This document shows, one piece after another, positions 10,473 to 20,533 of a DNA stretch of 64,000 nucleotides. Location: contig JAQURX010000001.1 in assembly GCA_028715415.1 (NCBI GenBank), positions 90,584 to 154,583 of the forward strand, given 5' to 3'. Position numbers and translations under genes: made by a program. The stretch is from Candidatus Omnitrophota bacterium (lineage in GTDB: Bacteria; Omnitrophota; Gorgyraeia; Gygaellales; Profunditerraquicolaceae). The first letter of the stretch is position 1, and each line of letters begins with the position of its first letter. The notes beneath the pieces are model-generated. The model saw only the letters and a list, made by a program, of their open reading frames with translations, ran no database searches and was not told where the DNA came from.

Positions 10473-11537
10473 ATGAAAAAGAAAAAGATAGTACATATTG
10501 TTGGGGCTCGGCCTCAGTTTATTAAGTGCGCAGCAGTTTATCGTGCGATGAAAGATATGCCAAACGCTCTTTCTGTTATTATTCATACCGGACAGCATTT
10601 TGATGCTAATATGAGCGAAGTATTTATTAATGCATTATCTTTGCCAAAGCCTGATTATTTCTTGAATATTAATTCTTTGTCCCATGGGGCAATGATAGCA
10701 GCAATGCTGGAAAGAATTGAAAAAGCCTTGATTAGGATAAAGCCATATACAGTAGTTGTGTATGGTGATACTAATTCTACTTTAGCAGGTGCCCTTGCGG
10801 CCAAGAAGCTCGGGATTCGACTTGCCCATGTTGAAGCCGGATTACGCAGCTATAATATGAATATGCCTGAAGAAGTCAATCGCGTCTTAACCGACCGTAT
10901 AAGTGATATACTTTTTTGTCCGACGAAAAAAGCAGTTGTTAATCTAAACAATGAAGGTTACCGTAGAAGAGATTGTTCAATAATTCTTTCAGGGGATGTT
11001 ATGTATGATATCTGTAGGTATTATTCTGTTTTTCAAAAGGAGCCTTCCTTTAAGGTTCCGGATAAATATGCCTTAGTTACAATCCATAGAGCTGAAAATA
11101 CTGATTCGTTAGCCAGATTAAAATCCATTTGGATTGCATTGAATAAAATTGCTAAGGAAATTAATTTGATTCTTCCTGTTCATCCGAGAACAAGAAAGGT
11201 ATTATATGAGTATAAAATTAGAAGTAATTTTCAGGTAGTTGACCCAGTAGGTTATCTTGAGAGTATTTTCTTAATTTCTCACAGCAAAATTATTTTAACG
11301 GATAGCGGTGGCCTTCAGAAAGAGGCCTTTTTCTTCAAGAAGCCATGTGTTATTCTTAGAGAGGAAACGGAATGGACAGAGCTTATAAATTCGGGAGTTG
11401 CTGAGCTTTCTGGGGTTGATTCGGAAAGAATTTATTATTTTTATGCAAAAATGTCCAAGAAAAAAATTAGATTTAACCATTCTTTTTATGGTGATGGATA
11501 TGCGAGCCAGAAAATTGCAAAAGTTCTAATCCAATAG
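10473..11537 (+). CDS. UDP-N-acetylglucosamine 2-epimerase (WecB/NeuC family)
   Basis: IVHIVGARPQFIKCAAV, HTGQHFD, GDTNSTLAGALAA, VEAGLRSYN, PEEVNR; the ATG at 10473 is preferred over the TTG at 10467. Confidence 0.8.
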   Translation: MKKKKIVHIVGARPQFIKCAAVYRAMKDMPNALSVIIHTGQHFDANMSEVFINALSLPKPDYFLNINSLSHGAMIAAMLERIEKALIRIKPYTVVVYGDTNSTLAGALAAKKLGIRLAHVEAGLRSYNMNMPEEVNRVLTDRISDILFCPTKKAVVNLNNEGYRRRDCSIILSGDVMYDICRYYSVFQKEPSFKVPDKYALVTIHRAENTDSLARLKSIWIALNKIAKEINLILPVHPRTRKVLYEYKIRSNFQVVDPVGYLESIFLISHSKIILTDSGGLQKEAFFFKKPCVILREETEWTELINSGVAELSGVDSERIYYFYAKMSKKKIRFNHSFYGDGYASQKIAKVLIQ

Positions 11538-11560
11538 GAATCTCCATGAATTATTCTTTG

Positions 11561-11589
11561 TTGACAGTCCAATTTCAATAGGGTAATAT
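11561..11589 (+). promoter_or_regulatory. Sigma70-like promoter: -35 TTGACA (11561-66), 17-bp spacer, -10 TAATAT (11584-89)
   Basis: Consensus hexamers with ideal spacing lie in the 100-bp gap upstream of the regulator gene. Confidence 0.5.
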
Positions 11590-11637
11590 AATACATTAAC
11601 TTTTAAATCGTTTTAAACGAATTGCGAGTAAACTTTA

Positions 11638-12132
11638 ATGAACGAAAATCTTGAGAAAGTCCAGAATAAGTTTCTTGAAACTTTAGGTATTATGAGTAGT
11701 TCTTTTGGGTTAAATGCTTTTGTTATAAAGCTTTACGGAATTCTATATTTGAACGCAAAACCGTTGTCTTTAGATGAAATGGCGCAGGCTCTAGGGGCTA
11801 GTAAGGGGAATGTGAGTCTTAATATTCGCGAATTGGAAAAGTGGGGGGCAGTAAGGAGAGTTTGGGTTAAGGGATCAAGAAAGGATTTTTATGAAGCCGA
11901 AGCAAATATAAAAAAGATTTTTTTGTCAAAATTAAAAACCTCTATTGAGAAGAAAATATTTGAGATTTCTAATACGTTGGAAGATATTAATAAAGTATTT
12001 CTGTCTGATTTTGTGAATTTAAACAAGGAAGAAAAGATTGTTGCAGAAGTATACAGAGAGCGTTTAAAAAATGTAGAAGAACTAAAAGAATTTGTTGCGA
12101 ATGCTCTAATTATGGCAGAGAAGATCAGTTAG
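11638..12132 (+). CDS. Winged-helix transcriptional regulator, GbsR/MarR-like
   Basis: LSLDEMAQALGASKGNVSLNIRELEKWGAVRRV is an HTH plus wing typical of the GbsR/MarR class; it is preceded by the only sizeable intergenic gap in the cluster. Confidence 0.5.
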   Translation: MNENLEKVQNKFLETLGIMSSSFGLNAFVIKLYGILYLNAKPLSLDEMAQALGASKGNVSLNIRELEKWGAVRRVWVKGSRKDFYEAEANIKKIFLSKLKTSIEKKIFEISNTLEDINKVFLSDFVNLNKEEKIVAEVYRERLKNVEELKEFVANALIMAEKIS

Positions 12133-12164
12133 GTTTTGTATTATCCTGGGGCTAGATTAGTTAT

Positions 12165-12779
12165 ATGGTTGCGATAATTGATTACGGTGTCGGAAACTTA
12201 GGCTCAATAGTAAATATACTTAAAAAGATTGGAGCTCAGGCCTGTATTGCTCGTGATGAAGATTCACTTGCTAATGCAGAAAAGTTTATTTTACCGGGTG
12301 TTGGTTCTTTTGACTACGGAATGGAAAAACTGCAAAGCTCCGGGGTAATTAAACTTCTATCTAAACGAGTACTTGAAGATAAGGTTCCTATTCTAGGTAT
12401 TTGTTTGGGTATGCAACTTTTTACCAAGATGAGTGAGGAAGGTACAGTTAAAGGGTTGGGATGGATAGATGCTTGTACTGTAAGATTCAGATTTAGTTTG
12501 GAGAATCAAAACCTAAAAATTCCTCATATGGGATGGAATCAGGTTTGCCCTAATATAAACAATGGTTTGTTCAATGAAATGCATAAAGAGCCCCGATTTT
12601 ATTTTGTACATTCCTATCATGTATTATGCAATAGGCGGGAAGATGTAGTTGCTAAAACTACTTATGGGTATGATTTTCCTTCAGTAATAATGCATAACAA
12701 TATTATGGGTGTGCAGTTTCATCCTGAAAAGAGTCATAAGTTTGGTATGAAGTTATTAAAAAATTTTGTTGAACTGTAA
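12165..12779 (+). CDS. Class I glutamine amidotransferase, HisH-like (WbuY-type)
   Basis: IIDYGVGNLGS, GICLGMQLF (catalytic Cys), VQFHPEKS (His). Confidence 0.8.
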   Translation: MVAIIDYGVGNLGSIVNILKKIGAQACIARDEDSLANAEKFILPGVGSFDYGMEKLQSSGVIKLLSKRVLEDKVPILGICLGMQLFTKMSEEGTVKGLGWIDACTVRFRFSLENQNLKIPHMGWNQVCPNINNGLFNEMHKEPRFYFVHSYHVLCNRREDVVAKTTYGYDFPSVIMHNNIMGVQFHPEKSHKFGMKLLKNFVEL

Positions 12780-12800
12780 TCATAAAAACAAGGAGTCAAT

Positions 12801-13799
12801 ATGATTAATGATAAGTCGATTCTTATTACCGGTGGTACGGGGTCTTTTGGCAATAAGTTTATTGAGATGATATTAAAGAGTTATAAACCCAAGAAATTGA
12901 TAGTTTTTAGCAGAGATGAGTTTAAGCAGCAGCAAATGGCAAAGATTTTTCCAGAAGATAAGTATCCTATTCGCTATTTTTTAGGAGATGTAAGGGATAA
13001 GGAACGTCTTGTCCGTGCTTTCGAGGGTGTTGATTATGTTATACACGCGGCTGCCCTAAAACAGGTACCGGCATTAGAATATAACCCTACCGAGGCTGTT
13101 AAGACCAATGTTTATGGTGCTGAAAATATAGTTTCAGCAGCAATTCAAACTGGTGTGAAAAAAGTTATAGCTCTCTCTACGGATAAAGCAGTAAGCCCAA
13201 TTAATCTATATGGAGCCACAAAATTAGTTGCTGAAAAGATTTTTCTTGCAGCGAATGCTTATACAGGGCTAAAGGTAAAATTTTCAATTGTCAGATATGG
13301 TAATGTTGCAGGATCAAGGGGTAGTGTTGTGCCGTTTTTTATTGATTTGAAAAGAAATGGCAAAAAAGAATTCCCGATTACAGATGATAGAATGACTAGG
13401 TTCTGGATAACTTTGGAAGAGGGAGTTGGTCTAGTAATGAAAGCCCTGCAAGAATGTGAAGGTGGAGAGGTGCTTATACCTATGGCCCCATCTATGAAAG
13501 TAACTGATTTAGCAAAAGCTATAGAACCAGAATGTAGATTTAAGATAATTGGTATAAGGCCAGGCGAGAAGATTCATGAAACTCTGATTTCACAAGATGA
13601 GGCTAGACAGGTAAAGATTTTTGATGATTGTTATGTTATGCTGCCCCAGTTTTACGAAAGAGAGGAAGTGCGAAATAAATATAAGGATTTTCCAGACGTT
13701 GCGGAAGGCTTCGTTTATAGAAGCGATAATAATAAAAACTGGCTAAATAGGGAAGAGATTACAAAAATCTTAAACAGCTTACAGTTATTAAAAGAATAA
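12801..13799 (+). CDS. pseB: UDP-N-acetylglucosamine 4,6-dehydratase (inverting), PseB/FlaA1-like
   Basis: ILITGGTGSFGNKFI, FSRDEFKQ, FLGDVRDKERL, HAAALKQVP; about 330 aa, as for PseB. Confidence 0.8.
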   Translation: MINDKSILITGGTGSFGNKFIEMILKSYKPKKLIVFSRDEFKQQQMAKIFPEDKYPIRYFLGDVRDKERLVRAFEGVDYVIHAAALKQVPALEYNPTEAVKTNVYGAENIVSAAIQTGVKKVIALSTDKAVSPINLYGATKLVAEKIFLAANAYTGLKVKFSIVRYGNVAGSRGSVVPFFIDLKRNGKKEFPITDDRMTRFWITLEEGVGLVMKALQECEGGEVLIPMAPSMKVTDLAKAIEPECRFKIIGIRPGEKIHETLISQDEARQVKIFDDCYVMLPQFYEREEVRNKYKDFPDVAEGFVYRSDNNKNWLNREEITKILNSLQLLKE

Positions 13800-13803
13800 G
13801 AAA

Positions 13804-14949
13804 ATGATGAAAATACCATATGCCCGTCATGTTATAGATAGAGCTGATATTGCCAATGTGGTTAAAGTTTTAAAGTCTGACTTTATAACGCAAGGACCAG
13901 TAGTAGAGAGATTTGAGAAAAGGTTACTGTCGTATTGTGGAGCAAAATATGCTGTGGTATTTAGTTCTGGAACAGCAGCATTGCATGCAGCATATTCGGC
14001 AGCAGGGCTTTCTTGGGGAGATAATTTTATTACGACTCCAAATACTTTCGCGGCCACAGCAAATGCCGGGCTCTTGTTGGGGGCTAAACCGGTATTTGTT
14101 GATATTGAATCTAATACTGGCAATATAGATGTGTCTAAGGTTGGGGCAAAGATAAATAAAAAGACCAAATTGGTGGTTCCTGTCCATTATGCTGGTAATG
14201 TGGTTGATTTAAAAGACCTTCAAGAATTAGCTATTAAACATAATTTCATGGTTATTGAAGATGCCTGTCATGCCCTTGGTTCGAAATACGAGAAAAGCAT
14301 GATTGGAAATTGTAGGTATTCTGATATGGCAGTATTTAGTTTCCATCCCGCAAAAACAATAACCACAGGAGAGGGTGGAGCAGTTTTGACAAATAATCCG
14401 TTATTCTATAGAAAACTATTTTTATTCCGTAATCACGGTATTAATAAGAGTAGTTTTATGGGGAATCCCCATGGTGACTGGTACTATGAAATGCAATCAC
14501 TAGGCTGCAACTATCGGCTTACCGATATGCAATCAGCACTCGGTTTTTCTCAATTAAGAAAATTAAATAAGTTTATTTCTTATCGTAGAAAGATAGCCCA
14601 GATATACAACCGAGCTTTCTTCAATAATCCCTTTTTCGACGTTCCTACTCAAGTAAATCAATCTTCCTGCCATTTATATGTAATAAGACTTAAGAATCCT
14701 TATGTAGATAAAAAGAAAGAAATCTTTGCTACTTTGAGAAAGAATGGTTTAGGAGTACAGGTCCATTATATACCGGTATATATGCATCCTTACTATAGGA
14801 GCTTAGGCTATAAAGAAGGCCTATGCCCTGTTGCGGAAGATTTTTACCGAAGAGCAATTACTATACCGTTGAGTGCATCTTTAAAAAACAAAGAAATAAA
14901 ATACATTATTGAAACGGTAAAGTTGACGGTGCAAAAGTGCTGCAAATAG
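13804..14949 (+). CDS. pseC: DegT/DnrJ/EryC1-family PLP sugar aminotransferase, PseC-like
   Basis: Lies immediately after pseB; SFHPAKTITTGEGG (PLP-lysine region); size and N-terminus fit PseC. Confidence 0.75.
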   Translation: MMKIPYARHVIDRADIANVVKVLKSDFITQGPVVERFEKRLLSYCGAKYAVVFSSGTAALHAAYSAAGLSWGDNFITTPNTFAATANAGLLLGAKPVFVDIESNTGNIDVSKVGAKINKKTKLVVPVHYAGNVVDLKDLQELAIKHNFMVIEDACHALGSKYEKSMIGNCRYSDMAVFSFHPAKTITTGEGGAVLTNNPLFYRKLFLFRNHGINKSSFMGNPHGDWYYEMQSLGCNYRLTDMQSALGFSQLRKLNKFISYRRKIAQIYNRAFFNNPFFDVPTQVNQSSCHLYVIRLKNPYVDKKKEIFATLRKNGLGVQVHYIPVYMHPYYRSLGYKEGLCPVAEDFYRRAITIPLSASLKNKEIKYIIETVKLTVQKCCK

Positions 14950-15815
14950 AAAAGATAGCGTTAGGTACAGCTCAATTCGGGCTCGATTACGGTATTGCGA
15001 ATAAGAATGGTAAGGTATCAAAAGAAGAAGTTTTTTCTATATTGAATTCTGCTGTTGCGAATAATGTAGATACATTGGATACTGCCTATTCATATGGCGA
15101 TAGCGAGAGCATTATAGGAGAATTTATGTCCAAAAATGACCATAAATTCAAAATAATCTCAAAATTGCCTAGTGTTGATATAAAAGACATAGGTTCATCC
15201 AGGAAATTCTTCAATGATTCTTTAAGGAGGCTGGGTAAAAAAAATATATATGGATATCTGATACACGATTTTAAGAATTTAAGGCTGCAAAAAGAGATAT
15301 GGGATGCTTTAAAGGATTTTAGGGATGAAGGCAGGGTTAAAAAAATAGGCGTAACATTATATAAGCCTGAAGAATTAGATTATTTATTAGAAAATAATCT
15401 AGATTTTGATCTATTGCAGGTACCTTATAATATTCTTGACCAGAGATTTGATCGATACTTGCCGATTTTAAGCAAGAAAAAGGTGATCGTATATGTTCGT
15501 TCTGTTTTTCTTCAGGGATTGTTTTTTTTGCCTTTATCAAGGATAGAAAAAGATTTTAATAAAGCTGCCGGGTCAATTAAGATATTGATGAGATTGTCGT
15601 TGGAATATCAAATACCGATTGCAGCATTGTGTTTGTGCTTTACTATGTTGAATCCGTTTGTTTCAAAGGTTGTAATTGGAGTAGAGTCAAAAGAGCAATT
15701 AGTTCAGAATATTTCATTATTAAGGTATATGGATTCAATAAAAAGAATATATAAAGAATTGGTTGGCTTGAGAATGGAAGACGAAAAGATATTGCTTCCT
15801 TATAATTGGCGATGA
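14937..15815 (+). CDS. Aldo/keto reductase family oxidoreductase
   Basis: LGTAQFGLDYG...LDTAYSYGDSESIIG is an AKR N-terminal signature. Confidence 0.55.
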   Translation: MLQIEKIALGTAQFGLDYGIANKNGKVSKEEVFSILNSAVANNVDTLDTAYSYGDSESIIGEFMSKNDHKFKIISKLPSVDIKDIGSSRKFFNDSLRRLGKKNIYGYLIHDFKNLRLQKEIWDALKDFRDEGRVKKIGVTLYKPEELDYLLENNLDFDLLQVPYNILDQRFDRYLPILSKKKVIVYVRSVFLQGLFFLPLSRIEKDFNKAAGSIKILMRLSLEYQIPIAALCLCFTMLNPFVSKVVIGVESKEQLVQNISLLRYMDSIKRIYKELVGLRMEDEKILLPYNWR

Positions 15816-16582
15816 GAACAGGTGCCATAATACAGGCAAGAACAGGTTCAACTAGGCTTCCTTCAAAGGTGCTTTTGAGGATTTTAGATAAATCCATACT
15901 GGAGTATGTTGTTGAAAGAGTTAGGCATTCTAAACATATTGATACTGTAATAGTGGCAACGACTGATAATAATGAGGATTTGGAAATAGCCGAATTAATG
16001 AAAGGTATTAGCGTAAGTGTTTTTAGAGGGTCCGAGAATGATGTCTTGGATAGGTACTATAAGGCAGCATCTTTTTTTAATATACAGAATATTGTTAGAA
16101 TCACTGCAGATTGCCCGTTAATAGATCCTTTTGTTATAGACTGTGTTATTAAGCGATATTTTTCAGTTCGTGCAGATTATTGTTCGAATATACTCGAGCA
16201 TACTTTTCCTGACGGGGAAGATGTGGAAGTTTTTAGTTTTAAAACTCTGTCTACTGCATGGAAAGAAGCGAAACTTGGTTCGGAACGCGAACACGTTACT
16301 CCTTATATTATTAATAACCCAGGTAGTTTTAAATTGGAAAATGTTAAGAGTGAGGTAGGCCTTTCAGATAAAAGATGGACCCTTGATAGAAAAGAAGATT
16401 ATGATTTTATCAAAAAAGTTATTGAGAATTTGTACCCAACGAATCCTAATTTTAGAATGAGCGATGTTCTAAAATTCGTGCGTGATAATCCGGAGTGTGA
16501 GGATATAAATAAAAATATAATTAGAAATGAAGGTTATCTAAAATCATTACAAAAGGATATTTTGAATGAGAAAAAAAGTTAA
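15806..16582 (+). CDS. Cytidylyltransferase (SpsF/PseF-like; candidate CMP-nonulosonate synthetase)
   Basis: AIIQARTGSTRLPSKVL is the CTP_transf_3 N-terminal motif; VFRGSENDVLDRYY. Confidence 0.7.
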   Translation: MAMRTGAIIQARTGSTRLPSKVLLRILDKSILEYVVERVRHSKHIDTVIVATTDNNEDLEIAELMKGISVSVFRGSENDVLDRYYKAASFFNIQNIVRITADCPLIDPFVIDCVIKRYFSVRADYCSNILEHTFPDGEDVEVFSFKTLSTAWKEAKLGSEREHVTPYIINNPGSFKLENVKSEVGLSDKRWTLDRKEDYDFIKKVIENLYPTNPNFRMSDVLKFVRDNPECEDINKNIIRNEGYLKSLQKDILNEKKS

Positions 16583-17888
16583 TAAATCTCAAGCATTGTA
16601 TAACCGAGCGAAACGCCTTATCCCTGGAGGTACTCAGCTTTTGTCTAAGCGTCCAGAAATGTTTTTGCCCGGAGGATGGCCTGCTTATTACAAGAAAGCC
16701 AAGGGTTGCGAGATTTGGGATTTAGATGGGAATAAATTCATTGATATGAGTTTCATGGGCATAGGCGCATGTATACTGGGTTATGCTGATTCGGACGTAG
16801 ATAATGCAGTTAAAAAGGTTATTGATAATGGTTCGATGAGTACATTAAATTCCTATGAAGAAGTTGAGCTTGCAGAATTGTTATGTGATTTACACCCTTG
16901 GGCTAATATGGTTAGATATGCCAGAACGGGTGGAGAGGCGTTGGCAATAGCTGTTAGGATTGCCCGCGCAAAGTCTAAAAAGGACATGGTATTGTTTTGC
17001 GGATATCATGGTTGGCATGATTGGTATTTATCTTCAAATATATGCGATAAAAAATCTTTGGATAGGCATTTATTGTCCGGCTTAAATCCAATAGGAGTTC
17101 CGAAATGCTTAAAGAATTCTGCGTTGCCTTTTTTTTATAATGATACCCAAGGTTTTTTAAGATTAATCAATAAGCATAAAAATGATATAGGCGTAATAAT
17201 TATTGAGGCTATTAGGAACCGCCCCCCGGAAAAAAAGTTTATCCAGACATTGATGCGCGTTGCACGAGAGATGAAGATTGTATTTATAGTAGATGAAGTA
17301 AGTTCGGGATGGCGTTTAAACTTAGGTGGCGCACACCTACTGTTTGGTATTAAACCTGATATTGCAGTGTTTGCAAAAGGGATTAGTAATGGTTTCCCAA
17401 TGGCTGCCGTAATAGGCAAGTCTTCTGTTATGCAAGCTGCTCAGGATACATTTATAAGCAGTACATATTGGACAGAACGTATTGGGCCAGCGGCAGCGTT
17501 AGCAACAATAAAAAAACTAAAACTTTTTAATGTGTCGAAACATCTTATTTCTTTGGGAAAGTTAGTTCAGGAGAATTGGACTTCAATAGCTGAGCGTAAT
17601 GGTATTTCTATAGAGGTCTCGGGTATATATCCATTAAGCCATTTTGAATTTAAACATAAGAAGAGCCTGGCGCTTAAGACGCTATTTACGAGTTTAATGC
17701 TAGAAAGAGGTTTCTTAGCAACGACTTCTTTTTATCCTTCTTTTTCTCACACAGCTAAACATATAGAAAAATATCTGGATGCATTTGACGCTGTTTTTAA
17801 AATTATATCTAAAGTGGTGTCTAGAGATGAAATTGACAAATATATAAAGAAAGGTATTTGTCATGCTGGTTTTAATAGATTAACGTAA
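16566..17888 (+). CDS. Class III PLP aminotransferase (glutamate-1-semialdehyde aminomutase-like)
   Basis: LIPGGTQLLSKRP...GCEIWDLDGNKFIDM, VDEVSSGWR; about 440 aa. Confidence 0.7.
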   Translation: MRKKVNKSQALYNRAKRLIPGGTQLLSKRPEMFLPGGWPAYYKKAKGCEIWDLDGNKFIDMSFMGIGACILGYADSDVDNAVKKVIDNGSMSTLNSYEEVELAELLCDLHPWANMVRYARTGGEALAIAVRIARAKSKKDMVLFCGYHGWHDWYLSSNICDKKSLDRHLLSGLNPIGVPKCLKNSALPFFYNDTQGFLRLINKHKNDIGVIIIEAIRNRPPEKKFIQTLMRVAREMKIVFIVDEVSSGWRLNLGGAHLLFGIKPDIAVFAKGISNGFPMAAVIGKSSVMQAAQDTFISSTYWTERIGPAAALATIKKLKLFNVSKHLISLGKLVQENWTSIAERNGISIEVSGIYPLSHFEFKHKKSLALKTLFTSLMLERGFLATTSFYPSFSHTAKHIEKYLDAFDAVFKIISKVVSRDEIDKYIKKGICHAGFNRLT

Positions 17889-17894
17889 ATAGAT

Positions 17895-19436
17895 ATGGAA
17901 AAGACTAAGAAGATAATCTTATTATTTCCTAACCCAATAGCAACGATCCCTGGTGGTTTGACTTATGTGGGTAAACGTTTTAAAAAAAATAACTTTGACG
18001 TAAAGATTTATATAAATACATTCCGAGATTTTAAGACCGCGGATGAGTTATTGAATGAAATTATTGAACCTTTTGATCCAGATATAGTTGGATTTTCTTT
18101 TGCAACATATAATGTTTTAGAAGTATATGGGCTTCAGCGTAATTGTAAGGAAAAGGGTTATTTCGTAATTGCCGGAGGCAATCATCCTTCCATTATGCCA
18201 GAAGAATGCTTAAGAAATGGAGCAGATTTGGTTTTTCGTGGCGAATCGGAAACGGGTATTGATAGTTTTTGTGATTGGTATGTTTTCGGTAAAGATATGT
18301 CAAAGAGGAGTCAGATTCCCGGAGTGTCCTATATTGATGATTCAGGAATGTTGGTTAATAACAAGAAAGAGCTGCGCATTAAGAATCTAGATGAGTTAGG
18401 TGAAATAGATTTTTCTTCGATAGAGCTTGATAAGTTCCGGGTCAGTGATGGTTCTGTAAAAGGATTGAATGTAATCAGCTGCGGAAGAGGGTGCCCGTTT
18501 AAATGTTCTTATTGTTCTCACAGAGATTGGTATGAATATTCAAAAAGAAGCGCCGATAGCATAATCGATGAGATGGTTAAAAGGAATAATCTTTATGGGA
18601 TTAAAACCTTTTGGTTATCTGATGAAACATTCACTGTTGACAGAGGTCATATATATGATTTTTGTAAGAAATTCCGTCAAGAAAACTTGCCATTTAAATG
18701 GATGGTTGGGACAAGGGCAAATTCTGTAGATGAAAAATTGCTTTTGACAATGAAAGAGTCCGGCTTAGGACAGATTACGTATGGGATAGAAAGCGCTGAT
18801 CCCGAAACATTGTTAAAAATAAACAAAGGTTATACAGTTGAGCAGGCTTATGAAATAGTTAATCTTACGGGTAGGCTAGGGATTCCTATGTACATAAACC
18901 TTATGACTGGATTCCCATGGGAGACTGTTGTTAGTGTTGAAAACAATATCCGATTTATTAAAGAGGTTGATAAGTATGTTTATTGTTTTCAGCTTTATGG
19001 AGCAGTGATACCTTATCCCGATACCCCTATTTATGAAAATTATCATAAGGAATTTGGTTTTACTGAGTTTTGGTTAAACCCGAGATATCAAAATGCTGGG
19101 ATGGTAATTTATCAGAATGTGCCTAATCCATATAAGATGAGTACTTATTTTCAGCGTAATTTATATGATGATACTTATGTGGCAGAGGATTATTTTTTTA
19201 AGTTTAAACCAGAATACAAAAATGCCGTAACAAAGATGGGATTTTTGATTGGATGGAAATCAATTCAGGCTCAAACGGATTCGTTGGTTAGGCAGTATGG
19301 AAAGTATCTAGCCGGGTATTTTTCACGCAGGTTATATGATTTAGACCATAATTTAGAGAAGAAGTTAGTTGGTTCATTGATAAAAGTTAACAAGGTTCAT
19401 GAAAATCGCCTAACCGGAAAATTTATTAAGAAATGA
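17895..19436 (+). CDS. B12-binding-domain radical SAM enzyme (class B)
   Basis: N-terminal Rossmann-like region (DIVGFSFATYN) followed by CGRGCPFKCSYCS (CxxxCxxC). Confidence 0.7.
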   Translation: MEKTKKIILLFPNPIATIPGGLTYVGKRFKKNNFDVKIYINTFRDFKTADELLNEIIEPFDPDIVGFSFATYNVLEVYGLQRNCKEKGYFVIAGGNHPSIMPEECLRNGADLVFRGESETGIDSFCDWYVFGKDMSKRSQIPGVSYIDDSGMLVNNKKELRIKNLDELGEIDFSSIELDKFRVSDGSVKGLNVISCGRGCPFKCSYCSHRDWYEYSKRSADSIIDEMVKRNNLYGIKTFWLSDETFTVDRGHIYDFCKKFRQENLPFKWMVGTRANSVDEKLLLTMKESGLGQITYGIESADPETLLKINKGYTVEQAYEIVNLTGRLGIPMYINLMTGFPWETVVSVENNIRFIKEVDKYVYCFQLYGAVIPYPDTPIYENYHKEFGFTEFWLNPRYQNAGMVIYQNVPNPYKMSTYFQRNLYDDTYVAEDYFFKFKPEYKNAVTKMGFLIGWKSIQAQTDSLVRQYGKYLAGYFSRRLYDLDHNLEKKLVGSLIKVNKVHENRLTGKFIKK

Positions 19437-20533
19437 AAAAAATCTCAAAAAAATCTGTTTTATTAGTTTGTAAGGATACCGGTGCAGCGAACGCTTTTTC
19501 CAGCTTGGTAAAGGAGTGGAAAGATTATGATATTGAATTATATAGTATCTGTATAGGTTATGCGGCTAATGTTTTTAAAAAAAATGGATTATCTATAACA
19601 TATGCTTTTGAGAAAGATATGCGGCAGGAAGATGTGTCTATGGTTATGGATTCTGTGAAGCCTGCAAGCGTATTAATTGGGACAAGTTTTGATTCAATGA
19701 CTGAAAGATGGTGTTGTGTTGAAGCAAAAAAACGTAATATCTTCAGTCTTGGTTTTGTTGATTGGTGGTCGAGTTTCGGTTTAAGATTTTCGACTCCGCA
19801 AACAAACGATTTAATGTATTTGCCAGATATGATTGCAGTTGTAGATGAAGATGCTCTTTTGGGTTGTGTAGATTGCGGTATTCCGGAAGGTATATTAAAG
19901 ATAACCGGAAATCCATACTGGGATTATCTTCTTCGGGCTAAAGAAACTCTATGTTGTTTACGGCAAGATTTGCGTAAAACGATAAACGTTGCAGATAGTA
20001 GCATTCTAGCTATAGTTTATTCCAGCTATTTAAGTAAGTTTAACCTTGGTTTAGGTTATAATGAGAATGACTTTTGGGGTGCCGTAACCCCGTTGCCCTG
20101 CAAAAATAAAGCAGGTGTTCCTGTAAAATGGTTGTTGAAACTGCATCCTAAAGAAGTCAATTCTACAGCTTCATGCTTATTGAAGAGTAAGTTGTATGAT
20201 ATTTGTATTGCAGATAAGTTGACAGCAATAGAGCTTGGGCTTATTGCAGATTTTACCATAGGTATGTGCTCAACCGCTTTGTTTGAATGTGCATTGCTTG
20301 GGAAAAAAGTAATTTCTGTTCAACCTGGGCTTGATAGGAAACTATCTCGTTTTATGAGGATTTTTGAACATTTGAAAATACCCGTTGTCACGGAGCGCGC
20401 AGAGACTAAGGATCGTCTTGAAATGTTTATCAATGATGAGATGCCGTCTCCTGATTTGAATTATCTTCCAATGTCTATTAAGGGCGGGCGTTCCGCAGTT
20501 ATCTTAAGAAACTTGTTATTAAATAGAGGATGA
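19433..20533 (+). CDS. Hypothetical protein; Rossmann/GT-B-like, with a KLHPKE motif reminiscent of TagF/KpsS-type transferases
   Basis: VLLVCKDTGAANAF N-terminal beta-alpha start; LKLHPKE; no firm family assignment. Confidence 0.4.
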   Translation: MKKISKKSVLLVCKDTGAANAFSSLVKEWKDYDIELYSICIGYAANVFKKNGLSITYAFEKDMRQEDVSMVMDSVKPASVLIGTSFDSMTERWCCVEAKKRNIFSLGFVDWWSSFGLRFSTPQTNDLMYLPDMIAVVDEDALLGCVDCGIPEGILKITGNPYWDYLLRAKETLCCLRQDLRKTINVADSSILAIVYSSYLSKFNLGLGYNENDFWGAVTPLPCKNKAGVPVKWLLKLHPKEVNSTASCLLKSKLYDICIADKLTAIELGLIADFTIGMCSTALFECALLGKKVISVQPGLDRKLSRFMRIFEHLKIPVVTERAETKDRLEMFINDEMPSPDLNYLPMSIKGGRSAVILRNLLLNRG

